DNA of 64,000 nucleotides, from assembly GCA_052426225.1 (NCBI GenBank), contig JBNJNM010000009.1:496001-560000 (forward strand). The letters run 5' to 3'. The stretch comes from Zancudomyces culisetae HAW-14-8 (taxonomy: Eukaryota; Fungi; Kickxellomycota). A program made the translations under genes and the position numbers. Under the pieces are notes generated by a model. It worked only from the letters and a program-made list of their open reading frames with translations. It was not told the origin of the DNA and did no database searches. This document shows positions 11,601-22,434 of this stretch, one piece after another (the stretch's first letter is position 1; each line of letters starts with the position of its first letter).

Positions 11601-13025
11601 AAAGAGTATGATTACGAGATTGAACATCGCAAAGGGACTAATAATCCCGCTGATTATTTATCTAGATCAAGCCCAGATCCACACGTTCCAGAAACTATGA
11701 ATTCAAACGCATTGTTTGCTATGGACATTCTAAGATACAACTCTCTAGTATCATACCTAACCAATAGGTCATATCCGTCTGGTATGACTGAAGAAGAAAG
11801 AGAAAAGTTTAGAAAACAAACTAATCCGTACAAACTGCGTGAAGGAAAACTAGTAACAGTAAGTAAAAAATTTGGAGAACGGGAAGTTCTTAATGAAGAA
11901 AACGCAGAAGAAGTTGTTAGAAGAGTTCATGAAGATGGCCACAGTGGAGTTGGTAACACTTGGGAAAAAGTGAAGTTGTTATACACTGGTCCAAGAATGT
12001 TTGATATAGTAAAAAGAGTCGTAAAATTTTGCGAGTTATGCCAAAAGTACAAAGGGCATGTAAAAAGAGTTAACCCTTTAAGTCCAATATGTTCATCAGC
12101 TCCATTCGAAATACTAGGTATTGATGCAATGGGCCCTATAAACCCAGTATCATCCAGCGGCAACAAGTATTTATTGACCGCCATGGACTACAACACTAAG
12201 TGGCCAATTTCAAGAGCCGTGGCTAACATCACCACAGAAACAGTTATTAATTTCTTAATTTATGATGTAGTCGCATTATACGGTGTTCCAAAGAGATTGA
12301 TATCCGATCGCGGTTCAAATTTCATAAGCGAAACGGCTGTTCAATTTTATAAGTTCTTGGGTATTGATCACCACCCGACTACGGCTTATAGGCCACAGGC
12401 CAATGGCCAAGTAGAAAGGTTTAATCAAACACTCAAAAATGTTTTGTCAAAGTTGAGCTATAAAGACAAGACCAATTGGCATAAGTATTTGTGGAAAGTC
12501 CTCCTAATTATTCGTTCATCGTAACACCGGAGTATAGGTATAAGTCCATCTGAAAGTCTGTATGGTGTAAAAATAATAACACCCATATATTGGAATCCTG
12601 TGGTAACCAGTGAAAATGAATCAGAAGCTATATTGGAAAGGCTCAAGTTTATCAAAGAAGAGCTTCCAGTAATAAGAGACCAAGCGTACACTAAGTTGGT
12701 AGCAAATAAGCGCTACGAAAAGACACATTATGATAAAAAAGTTAGTCCAACAAAGTACAAATTAAATGACCAAGTACTTAGAGCCGTGGCGATGCCCCAG
12801 CACAAATTTTCAGTTCGCTGGGTTGGCCCTTATCGCATAGTTAGGGTACTGGATCATGGTACTTACATTATCATGGATAATGAAGGTAACAAGATTCATG
12901 TCAATGGTGACAGATTAAAGCCATATAATGACAGAGGATATATGATTCCTGATGTTGCTCCTAGTAACCTCCGCACCTCCTTACAGTTCTATATGTCAAT
13001 TAACTTGTCAGATCGGGACGTCTGA
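8612..13025 (+). pseudogene. gag-pol broken by several frameshifts and stops
   Basis: Fragments carry CYTCNEVGHISPQC, VIDTGA, FIDD, TDAS, integrase HEDGH..CELC/DDE and GPY. Confidence 0.92.
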
Positions 13026-16000
13026 AATTAGAGGGGGTCTGTCGTGAATTTAAATATGTGGAAATTATATAAGAGTTAAAATAACTAATTTCCAAAATTG
13101 GTAATATTAAATTCACGTAACATTGAAGAAATCTGAGAAAGTTACATCTGGTAATCTGAGAATGTTACATCTGGAATCTGAGAATGTTACATCTAGATAA
13201 TCTGAGAATGTTACAACCACGACATGAGAATTTGATATCCTGAAAAAAAATTTATAATCAACTACACGGGAATACATCAAAATTTAATGTAGTATGATTT
13301 AATTACTGTTAGATAAGTATAAATTTAGTGTTTAGTAAATATGCTGTCTAAAAAAAAGTATTAAGGCAACAAAATTCAAATAAATTCATTATGGAGTTTC
13401 GACTTAAAAAATAATTTATAAATTATACGACATGAGTCGTATTAGTTTTTATACTATATGTATGGGCACTTTTTCCTACTGGGTTTTTCCCCATACATTT
13501 GTTTAATTCTTAGTATTAATATCGTTTAATTTTATTAACGCATTTATATGTTTCAAAATAAATCAGTGTAATTTATCATGCGGATAAATTACACCAAACA
13601 ACGTGTATTTAACACGGAGTAACGATGCTGTTTTGAGAGAACTGTTAACTTGATAAGAAATGTAGGGGTAGAAAAGATAAACAATGCATCAATTAACAAA
13701 ACATGTTTGAACAACAGAAGAACATGTTAGTGATTTCAAAACAATGTTGACATACAGAAAAACTATATAAACCCCAACTTTATTTATCTTTTAACGAAGG
13801 AGGCATCAAACTACTTTTTAAAATATCTTATTACTTTATATATATAATAAAACTTAATAAATAATTATTCACTAGTATTCAAATAATAATAATACTACAG
13901 TTGTATATTAAATAAAAAGTATTGTTATATCTTTTAATTAGGTTTACTATATCGTATTTATTTATAATACTAATAATAAACTTTTACTAGAATATACTGT
14001 TTTTCTTATAGTGAATAAAGAATTTGTTATTTTTTCTTCCAAGTGGGAGCTTCATTTAACCCCCAAAATATATGACTAATTAAACTAAAATATCTAACTT
14101 ATATAAAACTATTGGACAAAACCATGAGGGGAATTAGGTCCAATCTAAACATATAAAAATAACTAAAAATAACTTAAATAAAACCGGGGACTAACCTCCC
14201 TTATGCTTCTAATCGTATTTCTATACGACATGTAATGTTAACTTTCGACCCTTTCTGCTAGTAGTCGTAGTTATTCGTTATTAAGTTGGTTTAAAATTTA
14301 ATAGAAAAGTTAATTATCTACTTGTTTTGTTCGAAACTCTAACTAACTATTAAGACTTGTTTATTCTTTTGGTTATTATTCTTTATTTTTTATTGGTAAA
14401 AAGTTTTTATTTCTAAAAGTTGTTCTTCCAAACTATATATAAAATTTAAATCAAAACTATTATTTTTTCCATATATTTTGTTATCTCAATTTATTTGTGT
14501 TATCAATTATTGTTTTGTAATTTCTTGACTATTTAAAAAAACCCAAATTGTTCGGGAAAAAAAAGTCCAATTTTTCCAATAATTTTAATATAGTAATTTA
14601 TCAGAATTGACTTTGTCAATTCGTATTATTTATAATTTATAATTAATTATGTACAGTAATATAACTATAGCAAATATATAAACTCTACTCAATTTTCTGA
14701 TACTTAGTGACTGGTTTTACCACTTGTTTGTCTAAAGTACGTGTTCCTTCTATTAATTAGGTAAAAATTAGCTTTATTTACTATAGAACTAAAGGATAAA
14801 AAAAAACTTAATTCTCCTAGATTGAAGACTCGAAAATCTATTAAATACCTAATTCTTTTTATTTTTGTTTTTTCCTATTCATCTCAATATTTTTGTTTTT
14901 TTTCTTTCTAATCTCAAATTATATACTATGATAAAAAATGTCAAAAATATTATGAACACAGTCATAGGCTAGTATGACTATATTACATTGTGTTGTGTAT
15001 TGTATGATCATATACATGATAATGTATAGTAGGTTAATCTACTGTAAATCTCTATTATTCATACTGATTGTCTGATTGTTGCAGATGCTTGCACATCTGT
15101 TTTCACCATTGAGGTTTTCCTTTGTGCAGCAACAATCAGACAAAGGTTTACTTTATTAGTATTAGGATTTTATAATACTTTATATTACAAACTACTTAAA
15201 TTGCGACGACAAGGTCTAAGGATACCTTGTTCGGGATTTTATACTCTTTCTTCTAGCGTTTATTATACCAACGATAACTAAATAAAAGATTCATAACTAC
15301 AGTTAACTAGTTATTTTAGGAAGGTCCTGAACCAATTTTAAACATTAAGTATTAGTGATTACAGCTTCGTCGTACTGTAATACACTCAATATTTTTATAC
15401 AATATACAATTTTTCATATGACATGTTTTGTTAGATTCAATTTGTTATGATATCTAACTGGTTCTACTAGAAGGGTGGTATCACTAGACTGTGTTTAACC
15501 CTTTTAACTAGTTACCACTATCTAGTCAAACATATAAATGGAACCGGTAAATTTATATGGGTGAAAAATTGACAAATTATTTAAGATTCAAAATAATAAT
15601 ATCTAAATAATATATTTTACTAGAATACTAAAAAATTGCTAACTATAAAATAAACCAATAGTATGCAAACATTCTATTATGCATACAACAGTATGTCGTA
15701 TAATTAGTAGCACCTTATTGTATGAGCACTTTTTCCCAATGGGTTTTTCCACATATAACGTTTATTAGTTTATATTAGTCTATTTATAGTATTTAAACAA
15801 TAAGAGGCATACACCTACTGATTATTTAGTTAAGAATTGAAACAATATCATAAGGACATGATTGCAATTGTCTTTCATAGCAGTTAATAGCTACACCAAG
15901 TTGTAAACAATCAACGTGGAAAGTTAATCCAAGTACATTTTTCTACCTATGAGTATAAAAATCATATCAGAATATCTTAATAAAAAATCAACAAGTAGTT

Positions 16001-17341
16001 TAATATAAAATCACTACATGTTGTTGAATTTGTTTTCATTTTTTAGTACTAGTCCAATAGGATTTTTTCAAAAAACATCCACTAATATCAATCACGGTTA
16101 TCTAGAAGGGTAGTTATTACTGACACAGGATTTACCATTTCTAGCCAGTTAACCACTATCGTTAACCCCCCTCGGAAAGAACACAACTGGACAATTTCCA
16201 CAATTTTTGGTAAAAATAATTTTATTTAAATGAATACTTCCCAAAACCTGGAAATTAGAGCCAATATGGCATTTTCCTTACACTAAAAAAATAGTATTAC
16301 GCCTCTCGATATTATTATTTTTTTAGATCAAGTGTGTTTTTGGGAGGTTAGACTAATTATTCAATTTATACTAATAATCTACTAATAAAATTATTTTATA
16401 ATTAATTCTATAATAAAGTATACAATCGATTCGACAATTATTTAAATCAAATTAAAATATTAAATTGGCTGTAAAATTGACAAAAATTTATGACATGATC
16501 ATAATTTTTGTACTCTAAATTGAATTGCGCAGGAAACAATGTTTCAAAATTGATTACTCTGCTATTTTGCTGCAATGAAAGCGGTAAATTTAAGTTGATG
16601 CTTTTGCTTACATTTTGTGTCATAAAATGCTTTATTTATATATTTAATGTTATAGCAATATAAACTATATTCTATAAATTAGATTATTTTATAACTAAAT
16701 AATTTTAAGCCTAGAAGCCATATTAGATATATTGTGAGTTAGAATATTTTATTACTTGTAATTAAACTGAAAAAATCAGATAGTAAAACTCTCACAAAAA
16801 CCTACCAAACTTATATAAACTTACTTTGATAAAATTCTAAGTTGATTCAATTTTGACTGATTCCCACTTACGTTATTTTATCCAATAAAAACTAAATATA
16901 TTTTAAAATAAAAATAACTAGTAAAATTTCACTAAACAACTAAATAAAATAACATTTTAGAAATTAACGGTACTATATTACAGTTAATTGTAATATTTTT
17001 TTAGTACAAAACTAAACTCTACTTATCTTTCCAGTAATTATTGTTAAATATTTATAGTTTAAATATTGTATACTTTATTATTTCATAGGATAATAGTAAC
17101 TTGATTTAAATGCAGTTGATACTATACTATATTTTGATAATCTTTTTCAAAAAGAGAAATAAATAAAACTACTAAATATACATATTCAATATTGATCACT
17201 TTTTTTGTTAACAATTTTATGTTTTTTTTTCTAACTTTTTTTTAAAGTTTGGCGGTTAATAATAATAATCATAAAAAAACTAAATGATTGAAAAGAAATG
17301 TATAAAACTATGGCTATATTCATGATATATCTTTCAAAATA

Positions 17342-18903
17342 CAGTGAGTTTCAAAAATGTCTCAAAATATTGAATTAATTTTCAAAGTGTAATATCTCGC
17401 TCAATAATATCCAGAAATTATATGTTTTTTATATTTTAAAATGCACAAATGTTATATGTTAATTTTATATAAACTGTAAATTAATTGGATAAAAATTCAT
17501 TATGAAATTTTGAATTGAAAAAATTTTAATAATTAGACAATTTTGGGAATTTTTCAATATAAAACTTTAAACTATCATAACTATATGAATTCAACTTATA
17601 AATTTTTAAAATTTTACATAATAATAATATATATAATTGTTATACTAATCAAAAATTTAATTTTATAAAAAATGATATCAGAACAACGTAAACTGGATAT
17701 TAAAAACGCGTTACTTGAAGGCAGAAGTATTGACCAAATCATTATAGAAAATGGAGTTAGTAAAGCAACAATATACAGAATAAAAGCAGCAATGAATATC
17801 AACTTACCGGCTAATAGTCGCGGTCGTCCAGCGAAGCTTTCACCCCAAAGCAAGCGAATATGTACTAGGATGATATTATCTGGAGTGTATCGATCTGCTA
17901 CTTCGATACAAAAGAAGTTAGAACTGGATAATATTGTTAGTGCTAGTAAGTCTACAATATATAGGGGTTTTAATGATCTTAAAGCCGTTGCAAAAAAGAA
18001 GGCATCCAAACCGAAACTGAGCCTTAAAATATTGTACAAAGGTTGAGATTCGCAAAATCTCATCGCCACTGGACTACTAATGATAGGAGACGAGTAATTT
18101 GGTCCGACGAAACTAAAATCAACCGATTTGGATCTGATGGAAATGAATGGACTTGGGTTCGTGATGGTGTGAGTCTACAGCCGCACAATATTAACCAGAC
18201 CGTAAAACACGGTGGTGGATCATTAATGATTTGGGGATGCATCACAGCATTTGGAACTGGCTACATGTGCCGAATAGAAGGAATGTGAAACAAGGAAGGT
18301 TATTTAAACATTTTAAAAGACGAGCTTAGCAATACAATAAAGTACTACAAGTTGGATCCCAAGTCAATAATATTTCAACATGACAATGATCCTAAACATA
18401 CCTCAAAGTTAGTTACATGCTGGCTTGAAAACCAGGAATATAATACATTGGACTGGCCACCACAATCTCCAGACTTAAACCCAATCGAAACTATATGGTC
18501 AATCATCAAAAGACGCCTAAATAGATACAGTAAACTTCCGTCCGGGATGATCGAATTATGGGAGCGAATAGAAACGGAATGGAATATAATTTCAGTGGAA
18601 ACAATACTAGGTCTTATAGATAGATTGCCCAAAAGAGTTGAGGCAGTTATCAAGTCTAAAGGAAGGTGGACAGAATTTTAAAGTTTTTTTTTGAATAATT
18701 CCCAAAATTGTCTCATTTTTAAAATTTTTTCAGTTTATAATTTTATAATGAATTTTTTACCAATAATAATACTAATTTTAAAAATTAAATTATACCAATT
18801 GTGATTATATTATATAATTTATCTAATTTCCGGATTTTATTGATCGAGATTTTACACTTTGAAAATTATTATCATTATTTTGAGACATTTTTGAAACTCA
18901 CTG
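17342..18903 (+). mobile_element. Tc1-like DD34E DNA transposon
   Basis: TA-flanked TIRs cagtgagtttcaaaaatgtctcaaaata / tattttgagacatttttgaaactcactg. Confidence 0.95.
17672..18681 (+). pseudogene. Tc1 transposase with a frameshift near 18030 and an in-frame TGA at 18286
   Basis: GRPAKLS, WSDETK, FQHDNDPKH and SPDLNPIE motifs. Confidence 0.92.
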
Positions 18904-20509
18904 TATATGTTAAAAAATAGACTATTAGCTAAACTATTATTTAATACTTATTAATTATAACTTAATCTCTTATAGTGTTAGATAATATTGTGTTCATATT
19001 AGTAAAAGATAGGTGTTGTTACCACTTTGGATACTAAATCTATTTTTTATAATAAAATGACAATAAATATTTATGTTGTATAAAAGTATTCTAAAGTATA
19101 AAATTTCTCGATATTAGAAAAAGTCTAAAAACTAATTCGAGATTCCTAGTAATATAAACTTATATACATATATAATTAAACGGTATCTAGAAAGTAATTA
19201 ATATAGTTTTAATAATTAGTAGATAATTGTAACATTAACTCAACTCTAGATGATGTGTAAATCTCTTAAAATTTTTCAGTTTTTGTCAGAAATATTTTTT
19301 CTATTGTGGGTTGAGGCCGAATTTACAGTTTTTGCAATTATTTTTATTAACTAAACTATATTTTACTACCTGTAAACGGTAGGATCCAAGTTCAATGTAG
19401 TATTAATAGCTGTTTATTGATAATTATAGTTTTGCGAAAAAGACTAGATGAGGTTGATAAAAGTGGGAAACGGATACTTTTTATCCGTTATCTTTATAGA
19501 TTTTCGGACTATGTTATATATTAGTATATAAATATTTATAATGCTCGAGAATAATAACATATAAACTTATAATAATAAGATGACCACAATGTGAAAAAAA
19601 ACCCTTTGCTAGATAAAATACAATGGTGTAAATCAGTACATATTTATCAAATATGATTTACTGTCGTACTGTCATTGTAATATGACATTTTGTAGTGAAT
19701 TTAAATCATCTGATTTTATAATTTTTTTCAAATGGGTTTTTAATAAATTGCAAAGTTGGTTAAAATAAATTCACGTAACATCCTTGTAAATCTCAGAATC
19801 ACAATGTCATATCTGAGAAATGGGAATCATCTATAAAGATTTACAACATCTTTTCCCATTCAACAAGGGGAAACCCCCTGTTTCAATGTTATTATTATAT
19901 TTCATATTTCATATGTTTAAAACAGTTATAACTTTATAATTAAATTTATTAGTGTTATAGTAGTAGTTTGTTAGACCCAAAAAATTATATAAGGGCAAAT
20001 AGTTTCTATCTAGTTTTCTATATGACTTACGCAATAATATTATAATCATATATATTTCAACGACAGTTTGTTAAAATAAGATTATTGTAATACATTATTT
20101 TCTATTATTTTAATATGACTATACTATATTTGTTTATACAATATACTGTATACTTAATACTATTCTGTTAGTTTGAGTAAAAAGTATTTAAATTTTTCTT
20201 GTTGTGGGAAGTCCGCTTGACCTCTAAAATTGTTCATACTAGGCTGAAATAAATTTGACTGATTAAAAACGTCCGACAAAAAACACGAGGGGAAATGGGT
20301 CCAATCATAAAATCTTGTTAATATTATAATCCTAAACTAATAACTAATAATTAAATTTGTTCCTATCATATTATTATATGACATGATATTAAATAGAACT
20401 TACTTGTTTTAATATTATTTCGTAACTATTACTCTATTCTTTTGTATAATAAGATGATATTTTCGTAGTGTTTATACTATATTAATCTATTTATAAATGT
20501 TGTTAAGAG

Positions 20510-21010
20510 TGTTAGATACCAATATTATACACAATAATATTGATATTAACTAATTATCACACAGTTAATTTATAAAAGTTATTATTAAATACACTAGATT
20601 AAACACACAGTATTAATATAATATTAGTTAATAATATCTTTATTATTGTTAAACGAGATTGACAAACAAAAATGTTCATAAAAGGGATTAGTATCACCTT
20701 TTATACATTTAAGTTTGTACTAAAACTCTAATATAAACTTATACTATTAATATAACTAGTATTAATAAACAATAAACTAATATCATAAATATACACAATA
20801 ATAATGATGATACATTAAATATTGATCATGTGTATCATTATATTAATGTTTTAAACTAATAATTAATGTTAATTTATAATATATACTTATAAATAATTAA
20901 TATAAGATTATAATTAATTAATATAATGATACAGATGTATTGTCAATAATAATAATTATTATAATTGTTTTTAATATAAAATACTGAAATGATAATGTGT
21001 ATTCATAAAA
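20510..21010. mobile_element. Solo LTR of the chromovirus family also seen at 55698 and 56298
   Basis: tgttagataccaatattatac...tgtattcataaaa; flanks aagag/atgag (5 bp, one mismatch). Confidence 0.75.
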
Positions 21011-21448
21011 ATGAGTTGTTTTATTCAAATAAGATGTAGGCGATTGATTAATCCCTAAATATGTCCTATATATATGTATTAACTATAATCTAAATTTAAA
21101 CATTTCTTTATTGAAGTGTAGAACAAAAACCACGAGGGAATAAAAAGTCCAATCTAAAAATACTGCTAATCATATAAAATATTCAATATGTAGATAAATC
21201 GTTCCATAGTATTTCTCATACGACAGTTTGTCGTATAATAAACAAAATTTTATTTATAGCTACTGTAAATGTTATAGCCAATAATATTACTTCTTAATAC
21301 CCATAATTAATCTTCATATTTTATCTTATATTTAATCATTTCGTTTATGCTTCGTTGTAATTATCTAAGAATTACAACTTGTTTATTCAATAAATCTCGT
21401 TCTGTGACATTTTGTAATTCTTCCAACTCCTAGTTAATCAGTCTAGTT

Positions 21449-22402
21449 TTGTTGGAAAATATTAATCAAGATATCATAAGTATTATGAGTGAAGCCGAGC
21501 CAAAGACACCCGAGATAGAGAAGTTTTCCGGAGCCGCGGAACAATTTGTTCCATTCATGGCTCAGATCCGCAGACAGTTTTGGGCAAAATCCGATGCTTT
21601 TTCTACAGACAAGAAAAAGATTGCTTTTATCAGCGCCCACTTCACAGGTCATGACGCCACGTGGTTTGACGATATTCTGGAATCCGAAGCCAAGCTCCCT
21701 GTAACTTCAACTGAACCCAAACTCTTGGAATCATATGAAGCGTTTATGGAAAGTTTTAAGCTTAGGTTCTCCGACCCCGGCCACCAATCACGTGCCATCC
21801 AGCAGCTTCATGAACTTAAACAGGGTAACCAATCTGTTATGGCCTATGCAGTGGACTTCAGGAACCTAGCTCGGATATGCGATTTTGGCGAGGCTGCCAA
21901 TATCGACATGTTTAGGCGCGGTCTCAGTACCAGAATTACCCGTCACCTGATCGCTACCAAGATGCCAAGCAAGTTGGATGAAGTAATAACTCTAGTAGTT
22001 GAGTTGGATAACACAGTTAATTCCAACCTTAGCTACATGAACAAATCCGAGTACAGAAGTCCATATCCAGCAGCAAACCCGCTTCCAAGACAGCCCAGAC
22101 CATTTCAGCCAATAAACGAGCCGTTCCACAATTACCAGCAAAATCAGTTTCAGCAACACCAGTACCAAAACCAGAACTTCCAGCGCCAGCCAAGACAGTA
22201 CCGCCCTCAGACGCCAGAGCCAATGGACGTTGATGCCGTAGTCCCGAAGCCAAGAGGACCGTTGACAATTGAAGAACGCCAGAGACGGATCCTCAACAGT
22301 TTATGCATTTACTGTGGACTACCAGGCCACATATTGAGAAATTGCCCGTCACGTATCCCAAGACCTTCAGAGCCTAATTTAAAAGTCGAACCCCAGGAAT
22401 AA
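21449..22402 (+). CDS. Gag (likely ATG at MSEAEP)
   Basis: Retrotransposon Gag motifs LKQGNQSV, PEPMDVD and Zn knuckle CIYCGLPGHILRNC. Confidence 0.9.
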   Translation: MLENINQDIISIMSEAEPKTPEIEKFSGAAEQFVPFMAQIRRQFWAKSDAFSTDKKKIAFISAHFTGHDATWFDDILESEAKLPVTSTEPKLLESYEAFMESFKLRFSDPGHQSRAIQQLHELKQGNQSVMAYAVDFRNLARICDFGEAANIDMFRRGLSTRITRHLIATKMPSKLDEVITLVVELDNTVNSNLSYMNKSEYRSPYPAANPLPRQPRPFQPINEPFHNYQQNQFQQHQYQNQNFQRQPRQYRPQTPEPMDVDAVVPKPRGPLTIEERQRRILNSLCIYCGLPGHILRNCPSRIPRPSEPNLKVEPQE

Positions 22403-22434
22403 CCGGCAAGGTATTACTGGGGCTAACCGTATAA

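Larger units (their letters stand above)
8126..13432 (+). mobile_element. Ty3/gypsy LTR retrotransposon of the tRNA-targeting group (4-bp TSD), degenerate
   Basis: LTRs 8126-8520 and 13040-13432; PBS-like tggtgatccagctaggac at 8545; PPT agaggggg; reconstructed TSD tgag. Confidence 0.93.
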
